58,172 nt of DNA, taken from contig JAVCBW010000037.1 in NCBI GenBank assembly GCA_037917675.1, positions 1 through 58,172 on the forward strand, written 5' to 3'. This DNA is from Thermoproteota archaeon (GTDB lineage: Archaea > Korarchaeota > Korarchaeia > B14-G2). Made by a program: the position numbers and the translations under genes. Shown here piece by piece: positions 28,597 to 38,500 of the stretch. Every line of letters starts with the position of its first letter. Within the stretch, counting starts at the first letter, position 1. The notes beneath the pieces are model-generated. The model was not told the DNA's origin. It was given only the letters and a program-made list of their open reading frames with translations, and searched no databases.

Positions 28597-29337
28597 ATGC
28601 TGAGTGAGAGAGAGCTTGTGAGGTATAGCAGGCAGCTCATGTTCCCTAAGCTGGGTGAGAAGGGGCAGCTGAAGCTTAAGAGGGCTAGAGTAGCTGTCAT
28701 AGGGCTTGGAGGGCTGGGGGGGACTGCGTCACTCTATCTTGCTCTAGCTGGAGTAGGGAAGCTACTGATAGTAGACTCAGATAGGGTTGAGCTAAGTAAC
28801 CTAAACAGGCAGATTCTCCACTGGACTAGGGACATAGGTAGGCTTAAGGTTGAGTCTGCTATAGAGAAGCTTAGGGAAGCTAATCCAGAGGTTGATGTTG
28901 AAGCTTTTGCAGAAGAGGTCACTGGAGAGAACGTCCACGAGCTAGTTAAGGAAGCTGACCTTGTGATAGATGGCCTAGACAACTTTAAGACTAGGTTTCT
29001 AGTAAACGACGCCTGTGTGGAGCAGGATAAGCCATTCGTGCATGCTGCAGTCTATGGGCTTGAGGGGAGGCTTATGACCATACTCCCGGGTAGGTCGCCT
29101 TGCCTTAGATGTCTGCTTCCAGCTGAACCCCCGGAAATCAGGCCTATACCTGTGATTGGAGCTATAGCTGGGGTCATGGGCTGTCTTGAAGCGATGGAGG
29201 CAGTTAAGGCTATAGCTGGAATAGGCGAGCTAGCCTCAGGAAAGCTTATTGTAGTAGATGGGCTATCTATGGTGGTAGAGGAGGTTAAGGTAGAGAGGAG
29301 GACAGATTGCCCAGCTTGCTCGAAGCGCCAACTTTAA
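28597..29337 (+). CDS. ThiF/MoeB/UbaA E1-like activating enzyme
   Basis: RYSRQ, GLGGLG, DRVELSNLNRQ, DGLDNF, CLRC and CPAC Zn pairs. Confidence 0.93.
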   Translation: MLSERELVRYSRQLMFPKLGEKGQLKLKRARVAVIGLGGLGGTASLYLALAGVGKLLIVDSDRVELSNLNRQILHWTRDIGRLKVESAIEKLREANPEVDVEAFAEEVTGENVHELVKEADLVIDGLDNFKTRFLVNDACVEQDKPFVHAAVYGLEGRLMTILPGRSPCLRCLLPAEPPEIRPIPVIGAIAGVMGCLEAMEAVKAIAGIGELASGKLIVVDGLSMVVEEVKVERRTDCPACSKRQL

Positions 29338-29516
29338 AAGAGCAAACAGCCCCTATGCCTTAGGCCTATGATGAAAATTCCTTCACCTGAGCAGGTGACG
29401 CTAGACGGGCGAGCTGAGGCCTCTTAGCTTTAGCAGCTAGAGAGCTCATCAGCTCTATTATATCCCTATGGTGAAGCGTGTGCACACACAGCAGCACAAG
29501 AGCTGCTTATAGGCTG

Positions 29517-29705
29517 CTAGCTACCTTGATGCATCTGGTCAGCTAGAGGAGGCTTAGCTCTCCTATGCCTACCTACATCTTTCAGCCACCTTATCAGCTT
29601 GATATCCTCCTCAGCAAACTCTGACTTCAATGATGCTGCTAGCCTATCTAGCTCCTCAGCTAGCTTGGCGAAGACTCTAGCTGCTCTGTTCACACCCCAG
29701 CTCAA
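29517..29705 (-). CDS. Small hypothetical protein or remnant
   Basis: 62 aa, TTG start after a ggaggtga RBS, amphipathic helix. Confidence 0.35.
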   Translation of the reverse strand: MSWGVNRAARVFAKLAEELDRLAASLKSEFAEEDIKLIRWLKDVGRHRRAKPPLADQMHQGS

Positions 29706-30002
29706 GCTCTCACCTCCAGTATACTGTAGCCAACTACACTATTAGAGGTTCAGCTCCAACGGAATACCTTCCAGCTGAGGCACCAGGTGAGTGCTTATCC
29801 TCTTAGCTAGCTTCATAAGTTGCTATTATCCCTTAACTCAGTTCTCATCCTGTGAAGCAGCTCTGAGCTCTCTACTCTCTGGTATCTATCTGATCTGTGG
29901 AGCTCTTATCAATATGGCCTCAGCCCTGTCTATGGCTTCCTTAAGCTACCTACCCATATGGCAAGTATCAGCTCTGCTATAGCTAAAAAATGTATGCAGG
30001 AG

Positions 30003-30740
30003 CTACTTGACTCCTAGGTAGAGCCTAGCTAGCTCAGGATGCTCGAGGAGCTCTTTGCTTGCTCCACTAAACCTCATTGTGCCACTTACCAGCAGGTAGG
30101 CGTAGTCTCCTACCTCTAGAGCTCTCTTAGCAGTCTGCTCTACTAGGAGTATTGTCAGTCCAAGGGAGTCTCTGAGCTCAACAACCTTGTTTAAGACCTT
30201 CTTGACTAGGATTGGAGCTAGGTCTGTTGTTATCTCGTCTAGCATCAGAACCTTAGGCCTCTTCATAAGCGCCATAGCTATAGCAAGCATCCTCCTCTCT
30301 CCACCGCTAAGTGTCCCAGCTTTCCTCTCAAGGAACTCCTTAAGCACAGGGAAGAGCTCAACAACCTCGCTTATCCTGTCCTCTACCTCATGCTTCTCAA
30401 GTAGGTAGCCTGCTATCCTCAGATTCTCCTTCACAGTGAGCTCAGAGAATATATTCCCCATCTGAGGAACATATGCTATACCCATCTTAGCTATCTTGTT
30501 TGGTGGGAGCTTAGTTATGTCATTACCCTTGAAGAATATTTGGCCACTATGTATTGTCGCGATGTTCATGATGCTATTCAGTAGCGTAGTCTTGCCTGCC
30601 CCATTTGGGCCGACCAGCACCGTCAGCTTGCCTTCCTCAGCTCTCATGCTGACATCAAAGAGCACCCTGAGCTTCCCATAGCCTGAGTTCAGGCTCTTAA
30701 CCTCTATGATAGCCATCTCACTCACCAACATAGACTTCAA
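30003..30740 (-). CDS. livF: Branched-chain amino acid ABC ATPase (LivF-like)
   Basis: GPNGAGKTT, LSGGERRMLA, MLDE. True start probably at MAIIEV. Confidence 0.9.
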   Translation of the reverse strand: MKSMLVSEMAIIEVKSLNSGYGKLRVLFDVSMRAEEGKLTVLVGPNGAGKTTLLNSIMNIATIHSGQIFFKGNDITKLPPNKIAKMGIAYVPQMGNIFSELTVKENLRIAGYLLEKHEVEDRISEVVELFPVLKEFLERKAGTLSGGERRMLAIAMALMKRPKVLMLDEITTDLAPILVKKVLNKVVELRDSLGLTILLVEQTAKRALEVGDYAYLLVSGTMRFSGASKELLEHPELARLYLGVK

Positions 30741-31494
30741 TTACCTTAGGGTCGTTAGCTACTTGATCAGGTGTCCCCTCAGATATAACCTTACCCCTAT
30801 CCATCACATACACGTAGTCAGCATATGGTAGAGCTATGTCAATCCTATGCTCTATCAGTAGGAAGGAGAACCCATCTTTCTTCAGCCCTCTCACATAGGA
30901 GAGGATGTCATCAGCATAAACAGGGTCGACTCCCCCAATGGGCTCATCTAAAGCTATGAGCTTAGCTCCTGCAGCAAGCCCTCTAGCTATCTCAAGCATC
31001 TTGAGCTGAGCTCCACCAAGCATGTAAGCTTCACGATCCCAGTACTCATCGAGCCCTACTTTAGCTAGGATCCTAAAAGCCTTCTCAATGCACTCCTCTT
31101 CCCCCCTTATCCAGGAGCCTCTGAATGCTCCTCTTACGGGGCCTTCTCCCCTGCTCTTCATGGCTATAAGCACGTTCTCAAGGACTGTTAAGGAGGAGAA
31201 TGGCTGAGGAACCTGAAATGTCCTGACAAAACCCCTAGCATATACCTCGTGTGAGGGGAGGCCAGTTATGTCCTCACCCATGAAGTAGATCCTGCCTCCA
31301 TCAGGCTTCAGCACACCAGTACAGACGTTAACGAACGTCGTCTTACCTGCCCCATTCGGGCCCATGAGCATCGTGACACTCTCCTTTCTCACATTAATGT
31401 TCACGTGGTTGACTGCAACAAGGCCACCAAACCTCTTGACAACACCCCTTGCCTCAAGAATATGCTCTCCACTAGGCTTACTCAAGCCTACCAC
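30718..31494 (-). CDS. livG: Branched-chain amino acid ABC ATPase (LivG-like)
   Basis: KRFGGLVAV, GPNGAGKTT, RTFQ, LDEP, DPKVIEVY. Confidence 0.9.
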   Translation of the reverse strand: MVGLSKPSGEHILEARGVVKRFGGLVAVNHVNINVRKESVTMLMGPNGAGKTTFVNVCTGVLKPDGGRIYFMGEDITGLPSHEVYARGFVRTFQVPQPFSSLTVLENVLIAMKSRGEGPVRGAFRGSWIRGEEECIEKAFRILAKVGLDEYWDREAYMLGGAQLKMLEIARGLAAGAKLIALDEPIGGVDPVYADDILSYVRGLKKDGFSFLLIEHRIDIALPYADYVYVMDRGKVISEGTPDQVANDPKVIEVYVGE

Positions 31495-31537
31495 CTACAA
31501 TTTGGGAGGACAAAAAGATGTTGGGGAGAGAAGACGC

Positions 31538-32893
31538 TTACTTCTTGGGAACATATTCAGTGAACCACTCCTCCCATGAGACAGAGTCTGTGGCAGCATG
31601 CCATATTCCACCTAGAACCCACTCATACTTGCCTGGTGAAACCTCCCTGACTATCCATAGCCAGTAATCTGAGTATGCTCTGTCACCGTTCTCATTCAGC
31701 TTGAACGTACCTGTTGCACCGCTGTAGCGCTCTACTATGCTTGGCAGTATAGCCTTAACCTTCTCAGGGCTATACTCACCTATCATGTTTAGTGCTATAG
31801 CTACAGTCCATAGACCATCATATGAAGCATAGGCATACGGGTCAGGTTCCCTCCCCAGCTTCTTGACAACGTAGTCCTTCACCTTCTCGTATATCGGGTT
31901 GACTGTTACAGCGAATACTGGGTGCAGCCACTTGGTCTTCCAGCCGAACTCAGCTGCCCCAGCTTCTTCAGCTAGTGGAGCCAGCTGAGCTGTACCATCA
32001 GTGCCAACCCAGGTTATCTTCCATAAGACATCATACTCTCTGCATGCTAGGACGTATGGGACAGCTTCCTCGAATCCCACATAGTAGATCCCGACCTTTT
32101 CAGCCCCATACTTGTCGACAAGCCCGCTTACTATCTCGTTGAGCTTAGCTGCCTCAGCTGAGAACTCCTTAGTACCAGGAGCATACCTTATACCCTCCAC
32201 GAAGCCTCCTTCCGCCCCCTCCTTCTTGAGGATCTCCTTGAAAGCTACTTCTGTCTCCCTCTTTACACCATCACCCCAGGTGTCGCCTCTCCAGACTGGC
32301 ACAACCCATCTAGCTCCCAGCACGTATAGTAGCCTGGCTGCAGCTGGCCCCTGGATAGTGTCATCTGGACAGTACCTGTATATCCAGTCTCCTGGTATGG
32401 ATAGGGCTGGTGAAGTTGATGAAGGTGACACTACCAGTATCTTGTTTGCATCAGCATACTTCTTGACCTCACTAACCTCAGCGCTAGTCATCGGACCTAT
32501 CACAATCCTAACTCCTCTACCGTAGAGAACCTGGATCTTATCAAAGCAAGTCTTCGGGTCTGTAGCAGTATCCTCGACTATCAGATCTACCTCCCACCCT
32601 GCTCCCATGCCCCTTAGCCACTTGTTTATCTCTGAGACAGCGAGCTCAAGTGCAGCTTTACTGTTCTCACCATATGTCGAGAGCTCTCCTGTGAGAGCTA
32701 GCAGAGCCCCTATCTTAACCTTTCCAGTCAGCTTCTTCGCGGGAACAGCTGCTGTCTCCGTCACAGTCTTAGTCACGGTCACAGTCGCAGCAGGAGCTCC
32801 TGGAGGTGGAGCAATTGCAGCTTTAATGCCATAGCCTATTCCTACTCCTATTATCAGAGCTATTAAAAATAGTGCTACTGTCTTTGTCTCCAT
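31538..32893 (-). CDS. Branched-chain amino acid ABC substrate-binding protein
   Basis: N-terminal TM and Thr-rich linker, KIGALLALTG, IVIGPMTS, SPSSTSPAL. Confidence 0.9.
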   Translation of the reverse strand: METKTVALFLIALIIGVGIGYGIKAAIAPPPGAPAATVTVTKTVTETAAVPAKKLTGKVKIGALLALTGELSTYGENSKAALELAVSEINKWLRGMGAGWEVDLIVEDTATDPKTCFDKIQVLYGRGVRIVIGPMTSAEVSEVKKYADANKILVVSPSSTSPALSIPGDWIYRYCPDDTIQGPAAARLLYVLGARWVVPVWRGDTWGDGVKRETEVAFKEILKKEGAEGGFVEGIRYAPGTKEFSAEAAKLNEIVSGLVDKYGAEKVGIYYVGFEEAVPYVLACREYDVLWKITWVGTDGTAQLAPLAEEAGAAEFGWKTKWLHPVFAVTVNPIYEKVKDYVVKKLGREPDPYAYASYDGLWTVAIALNMIGEYSPEKVKAILPSIVERYSGATGTFKLNENGDRAYSDYWLWIVREVSPGKYEWVLGGIWHAATDSVSWEEWFTEYVPKK

Positions 32894-33235
32894 ATATACA
32901 GCACCTCCTCCTATCCACCAATAGGGTCAAGATTGCCTCTTTAAAAAGTTTCCTTTGTGTGGCTATGCTACTAAGCTGACCTTGATGCACCCTACAGGCA
33001 ATGATTGGTGAGGTAAGCTTGCTGAAGCTAGCTAGAAACATTTGAGAGCCACCAGCAGTACCTCAAGTGTGAGCTACTGAGATGCTGTAGGCATAGCATG
33101 TCTTCAACTAGAGTAAATTCTGATTAGGATTTTAGCTGCCATATGGTAGAATCTATGGTAAAGAGAGCTGGATATTCAAAAAAAGGATACTAGGTTCTAG
33201 AGGTTATATGAGCTGCTGGGGTCAAGCTGGCAGCA

Positions 33236-34321
33236 TTAGCCTTCTTCCTTCTTCACCTTCTCTAGTATTTTTGCCATCTTCTTCTTTGGTATTGTCAGCT
33301 CTGGCCTCTCTGGTAGGAGGCCCTTAGGCCTTACTAGAGGTATTAGCATGATTACTATCCCTAGGAAGAGGTACTCTAGCCATACTGGGTCGAATGGCAC
33401 ATAGGGCTTTAGGTATGACTTGTAGCCGAAGATTATCGTCCTTATTATTGTGAAGACGAGCACACCTAGGATTATTCCTGTGTTGTTGCCTGTTCCACCT
33501 AGCATCATGAAGGCCCATGGCCAGAAGGTCCAGGTTAGCCTAGTGTAGGTGACTGCCTTCACGCTTCCAGCTTGCAGAGCCCATAGGGCGCCTCCTATGG
33601 CTGCTATAGCTGATCCTGTGATCAAAGCCTGTGCTCTAAGCTTGACTATGTCCTTGCCATAGACTCTCGAGGCGATCTCGTCGTCTCTCATAGCTTTAAG
33701 AGCTCTCCCGAAAGGTGACTTAGCTAGCCTCTGTAGGTAGATGTAGGTCAGGAATGCTATTATCAATATTGCTGCTGTTGATGCTTCGAACCTCAGGTCT
33801 CCTGCCCAAGCAAATACGTCTGGAACCATGACACCTTCTGTCCCACCTACTATCGGATCATAGTTCCAGCCTATGACTAGTAGGAGGTCTCCGAATGCTA
33901 GCAGAGTTATGCCTAGGTAGGCTTCCTTTAGCCTCAGTGCAGGATAGGAGCAAAGCCACCCTATGATCCCTCCGAATATGGCTGAGAGAGCTATGGCTAA
34001 CAGGAGTGTCAGGAGCGCTATGTGAGGCTTTACCATGAAGTTCCTTGTCATGTAGTCTACTATCTTGAAGTTATACATGTGATCTGTGTACGCTAGTCCA
34101 GCAGGGTTCTCTCCAACCATCTCCGCCAGCGCTGCGCCTCCGAATAGCGCTACTATTATCCTGCCTACTAGGCCTGCTGTCACGTAGGCTCCTGTTATCA
34201 CAGCTAGAACCCTACCGAACTGAGGTATTCCTCCGAACCCCACTTCCAGGTTAAGGCTCAGAGTCACTATCATGAATATCCCGAGGTTGACTAGGATATT
34301 CAGCAAGAGAGGTGGAATCAC
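33236..34321 (-). CDS. livM: Branched-chain amino acid ABC permease (LivM-like)
   Basis: SLNLEVGFGG, LRLKEAYLGITLLAF, SPFGRALKAMRDDE, RPKGLL. Confidence 0.9.
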   Translation of the reverse strand: MIPPLLLNILVNLGIFMIVTLSLNLEVGFGGIPQFGRVLAVITGAYVTAGLVGRIIVALFGGAALAEMVGENPAGLAYTDHMYNFKIVDYMTRNFMVKPHIALLTLLLAIALSAIFGGIIGWLCSYPALRLKEAYLGITLLAFGDLLLVIGWNYDPIVGGTEGVMVPDVFAWAGDLRFEASTAAILIIAFLTYIYLQRLAKSPFGRALKAMRDDEIASRVYGKDIVKLRAQALITGSAIAAIGGALWALQAGSVKAVTYTRLTWTFWPWAFMMLGGTGNNTGIILGVLVFTIIRTIIFGYKSYLKPYVPFDPVWLEYLFLGIVIMLIPLVRPKGLLPERPELTIPKKKMAKILEKVKKEEG

Positions 34322-35274
34322 TTCCCCTCACCTCCTCCAGATCTAGATAAACCAATTCTCTCAGCTAGGCGGCTCCACTGGATTCTGCCTAGGCCCTCTG
34401 GGAAGAAGATCAGTGCTATGACCATGGCTGTCAGTGGTATTGCCAGCCTGTATGCCACAGCTCTGCCTCCAAAGGCTACAGATATCTCATAGATCCCTAT
34501 GTACTCTGCTAGACCTACTAGGAAGCCTCCTAGCAAGCTGCCGAATATCGAGTATAAGCTCCCTACTATCGCACCTGAGAACATGGTGACTATGTAGTAG
34601 AAGCCTACAGCTGGGTAGCCTGCTGTGATCAGTGACATGAGGCCTCCACCTAAGCCAGCTAGAGCTCCACCGAGGAACCATGCTGTGATGTATATGAGAT
34701 CTGGGCTGACGCCCTGGATGCTAGCTAGCTCAGGGTTCTCTATGGTAGCTCTCATGGCTATCCCAAACTTCGTCTTCGTCAGAAACAGGTGTAAGGCTAC
34801 TATCACAACCACCACGGTTACCAGGGAGACTAGCGTGATCCCCTTGGTCTCGACTCCTGCAACTGTAAATGTGAAGTCATAGGGCTTGAGGACTATCTGC
34901 CTTGAGTATAGCTTGTGGACCTCTGATAGGTAGTCTGCATACATGTTTAGGAACGCGTAGAAAGCTAAGTCCACACCTAGCGTGGACATCATGAGTGTCA
35001 CCATGTCAGCTCCCCTTTTGAGGAGATACCTGTTGACTGCGATGTATGTTATGACGCCTAGGAGCCCTGAGAAAGCTGCTGCAGCTGGCATGTAGTAGTA
35101 TGGGCTCCCGCCTAGGAAGCTCTTGAGCGTGAAGACGATGTAGAATGCCCAGGCGACGAAGGAGGCGTGAGCGAAGTTGAATGTCCCTGTAGCCATGTAT
35201 ATCAGTGTTATTCCAGCTGCCATGAGAGCTATGGTGCTTGAGTAAGCTAGGGCGATCTGTATCAGCTCCCACAT
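34318..35274 (-). CDS. livH: Branched-chain amino acid ABC permease (LivH-like)
   Basis: GITLIY..FNFAH, TKFGIAMRAT.ENPELA, PEGL. Confidence 0.9.
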   Translation of the reverse strand: MWELIQIALAYSSTIALMAAGITLIYMATGTFNFAHASFVAWAFYIVFTLKSFLGGSPYYYMPAAAAFSGLLGVITYIAVNRYLLKRGADMVTLMMSTLGVDLAFYAFLNMYADYLSEVHKLYSRQIVLKPYDFTFTVAGVETKGITLVSLVTVVVVIVALHLFLTKTKFGIAMRATIENPELASIQGVSPDLIYITAWFLGGALAGLGGGLMSLITAGYPAVGFYYIVTMFSGAIVGSLYSIFGSLLGGFLVGLAEYIGIYEISVAFGGRAVAYRLAIPLTAMVIALIFFPEGLGRIQWSRLAERIGLSRSGGGEGK

Positions 35275-35553
35275 ATGCTATCCCAAGTGGGTTTGGTGGC
35301 AGGCTTATTAAAGCTTTTGGGAGATGTAGTAGGCTACATGCAGCTACTGAGGCAGCCTGCATGCTGCAAGCCCAAGGGGTTGAAGCTGACATGGCCTGGA
35401 GCCTATGATGCTGCTATATCTGCTTCAGCTTCCACGTAGCTTGCTGGCTTGGCATGCAGTGGATGCAAGCACTCAGCTACTCCACCTATGCCTCATGTAG
35501 GCTGCAGCCCAATACCTTTATCTGAGGAGCAAGTGAGGGCAGCTGGTGTCAGC

Positions 35554-36468
35554 TTGAAGGTATTTGGGAGCATCCTCGAGCTGATAGGTAACACCCCGAT
35601 AGTGAAGCTAGATAGCGGTGGTGGAGCTGAGATATGGGTTAAGCTGGAGTATCTTAATCCATCTGGGAGCCATAAGGATAGGATAGCTCTAGAGATGGTT
35701 TTGGATGCTGAGGAGAGGGGGCTGCTTAAGCCTGGTAGCCTCATTGTTGAGGCTACTTCTGGGAACACTGGAGTCTCGCTTGCCTTGGTTGGCGCTGCCC
35801 GCGGGTATAGGGTTAAGCTTGTGATGCCAGATAATGTCTCGAGGAGCAAGGTTGAGCTCTGTAGGGCTCTTGGAGCTGAGGTCGTGTTCTGCCCACATGA
35901 TGTTGGAGAGGAGGATCCTAGGCACCCTATCCATGTTGCTAGGAGGATAGCTGAAGAGGAAGGAGGATACTATACGAACCAGGATGCTAACCCAGCTAAT
36001 GTCAGGGCACACTATAGGACTGGAGCTGAGATCTGGGAGCAGACAGGTGGTAGAGTAGATGCCTTCATCATGGGAGTTGGCACAGGAGGGACGCTAACAG
36101 GGGTCTCGAGGTACATTAAGAGGCTGAAGAGGGAGCTGCTCTCAGTCGGGGTTCTAGTTGAGGGCTCCTACCTGGCTAGGGAGATCCTCAGCTCGAGGAG
36201 GGAGCTGAGAGGGGAGATAGAGGGGCTTGCAACCAGGCTTAAGCCTGAGAACTTAGATAGAAGGCTTGTAGACGAGTTCTATGAGGTGGGCTTCGAGGAG
36301 GCAGTAGAGGAAGCTAGGAGGCTTATGAGGAGAGGTGTACTCGCTGGAGTGTCTACTGGAGCGAACATGGCTGTTGCAAGGAGGGTAGCTGAGAGGCTTG
36401 GAGCTGGGAAGCTCCTTGTAACGATAGCAGCAGACTCAGCTCTTAGATACCCTGGTGTGCTAGTTTAG
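35554..36468 (+). CDS. PLP-dependent cysteine synthase family protein (CysK/CysM/CBS)
   Basis: IGNTPIV, KLEYLNPSGSHKDR, EATSGNTG, GVGTGGT. Start moved to in-frame TTG 35554. Confidence 0.9.
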   Translation: MKVFGSILELIGNTPIVKLDSGGGAEIWVKLEYLNPSGSHKDRIALEMVLDAEERGLLKPGSLIVEATSGNTGVSLALVGAARGYRVKLVMPDNVSRSKVELCRALGAEVVFCPHDVGEEDPRHPIHVARRIAEEEGGYYTNQDANPANVRAHYRTGAEIWEQTGGRVDAFIMGVGTGGTLTGVSRYIKRLKRELLSVGVLVEGSYLAREILSSRRELRGEIEGLATRLKPENLDRRLVDEFYEVGFEEAVEEARRLMRRGVLAGVSTGANMAVARRVAERLGAGKLLVTIAADSALRYPGVLV

Positions 36469-36565
36469 CTGCTTTAAGGAGGCTTCTCTCATCTCCTCTT
36501 ATTAGCTAGCTTTATGCTAGATGGCATGAAGGTAAGCTTTTAAGCCTGGCTGTTGTCGATAAGAT

Positions 36566-38500
36566 GTGAGGCAGAAGGCTGCTTTGATTCTTGCAGCTGG
36601 GCAGGCATCTAGGATGGAGCCCTACTCTAGGGAGGTGCCTAAGTGCCTTTTTGAGCTTACTCCAGGCCTCTCTATCCTAGATTACATACTGCGTGTGCTT
36701 AGAGAGGAGGGTGTTGGTAGAGTTGTTGTCGTAACGAGGCCTAGTCTGAGAGAGGCCTTTATTGAGAGGTATGGTAGCTCAGTTGAGGTTGTGACTACCG
36801 ACGCTGAAGAGGGGTTTGGGAACCTCTATTCACTGAAGGCTGGGATAGAAGCTGTTGATAGCGAGGAGTTCCTGCTGCTGATGTCAGACCACATCTTTGA
36901 GCCTAAGATTCTTAGGAAGCTGATGGAGGGCGGTGGAGGAAAGGCTTTCACACTTTGCCTTGATAGAGATCCTCCATGGGATAAGATAGAAGAGGGTCTT
37001 AAGGTTGTTGTTAGAGATGGCGTCATAGAGCATGTAGGGAAGCAGGCTCCACCATACTATGGCGTTGACACAGGGCTCTTCTACTGCACCAAGGAGGCTA
37101 GGAGGGTTGTTGAAGAAACTCTAGCTGAGGTTGGGCCTAGAGCTACGATAGCAGATGCTTTGAGGAAGGCGATAAGGGAGAGGGAGGTTGGATATGTCGA
37201 TGTGACTGGCTTGATGTGGCTTGACGTGGATACGCCAGAGGATCTTGAGAGCGCTAGGAGGATGCTACCAAACCTGCTTAGAAGGAGCCTCGTCAAGCCT
37301 GAGGACGGGCCTATTTCAAGGTACTTGAACAGGCCTATTTCAACTAGGATCTCAGTCTGGCTCTACCTTAAGGGATGGTATGTGAGCCCAAACCTGATCT
37401 CGCTGATCTCCTTTGCACTGGCTGTTGCTGGCTCTATCTCGATGGTGCTTGGGCTTAGCTTGCTTGCTGCAGCTCTAATCCAGGCAGCCTCAGTCCTCGA
37501 TGGGGTAGATGGAGAGGTTGCCAGGCTGTTCCAGAGAGCTAGCAGGTTTGGGGGGCTATTTGACGCCATGCTAGATAGGTATGCTGATCTATCTGTAGTT
37601 GCTGCAATAGGCTTTGCCAGCTGGCCTCTTACACCACTGCAGGTGCTGCTGGTGACCATAGCAGCTGGAAACGTCTTCATATATAGCTATGTAACACACA
37701 TGGCTGACAGAAGTGTCGTCAGGAGGGTTAGAGGGTATAGTCCAGCTGGGAGAGATGCTAGGCTGCTTGCTGCAGCGTTGGCTATAGCCCTACAGAAGCC
37801 ATGGGCCTTCATAGCCTATATGGCCTTAGTACCTCTAGCTATGTCTGCTGTGGTAGCTGCTCTCTCAGCTAAATCAGCTACCAGGAGGGAAGTCAGGGTT
37901 CCTAAGAGGCTCCCGGTCCCCCACATCGAGCTTGAGGAGAAGAAGCGTACTGAGATAGAGGAGAACATAACTCAGCTCCTCTCTGCTTCCTTGAAGCTCT
38001 TCATAGCTCTAGTAATCCTGAGGGCTGCTGGAGACCTCATATCTGGTGTCAGGGCAGTAGAGCTCGGGCCTATCTCTGTTAATCTGGGGTATGTTCTAAG
38101 CTTTCTCCAGCTGATAGCAACAGTCTACTTCGGATATAAGATCCTGATGTCCTCGATCTTCTTCACGGAGCTTATGTCAGAGTGGCTTGTGAGGAGGATA
38201 GGTGCTGTGACTAGAGCAGCTGTCAGGAGAGGGCTAGTTGACATAGTGTACCTTGGGTTCATAGCTCTCCTCATGAAGACTGTACCTCCACTGCTAGATG
38301 AGCTTCCTAAAGTTGGAGCTACTGCAGCCAAGCTGTCGACACTAGCTCTCTTAGCACTCCTCATCCTGGTGACATACGACCTAGCTAAGCTGTTCTACAG
38401 GAGCTTCAAGGGAATATACAGCAGAGCTATCTCCAAGGTGGCTGAGAGGCTCAGGCAGCTAGCTGAGGAGAGGCATAAGGCTAGCGGGCCAGCTGGCTGA
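36566..38500 (+). CDS. Bifunctional IPCT/DIPPS-like enzyme (NTP-transferase plus CDP-alcohol phosphotransferase) with an extra C-terminal membrane domain
   Basis: ILAAGQASRM..PK, MSDH, DTGLF, DVDTPEDL; DGPISRYLNR; DGVDGEVAR...G..FDAMLDRYAD. Confidence 0.85.
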   Translation: MRQKAALILAAGQASRMEPYSREVPKCLFELTPGLSILDYILRVLREEGVGRVVVVTRPSLREAFIERYGSSVEVVTTDAEEGFGNLYSLKAGIEAVDSEEFLLLMSDHIFEPKILRKLMEGGGGKAFTLCLDRDPPWDKIEEGLKVVVRDGVIEHVGKQAPPYYGVDTGLFYCTKEARRVVEETLAEVGPRATIADALRKAIREREVGYVDVTGLMWLDVDTPEDLESARRMLPNLLRRSLVKPEDGPISRYLNRPISTRISVWLYLKGWYVSPNLISLISFALAVAGSISMVLGLSLLAAALIQAASVLDGVDGEVARLFQRASRFGGLFDAMLDRYADLSVVAAIGFASWPLTPLQVLLVTIAAGNVFIYSYVTHMADRSVVRRVRGYSPAGRDARLLAAALAIALQKPWAFIAYMALVPLAMSAVVAALSAKSATRREVRVPKRLPVPHIELEEKKRTEIEENITQLLSASLKLFIALVILRAAGDLISGVRAVELGPISVNLGYVLSFLQLIATVYFGYKILMSSIFFTELMSEWLVRRIGAVTRAAVRRGLVDIVYLGFIALLMKTVPPLLDELPKVGATAAKLSTLALLALLILVTYDLAKLFYRSFKGIYSRAISKVAERLRQLAEERHKASGPAG

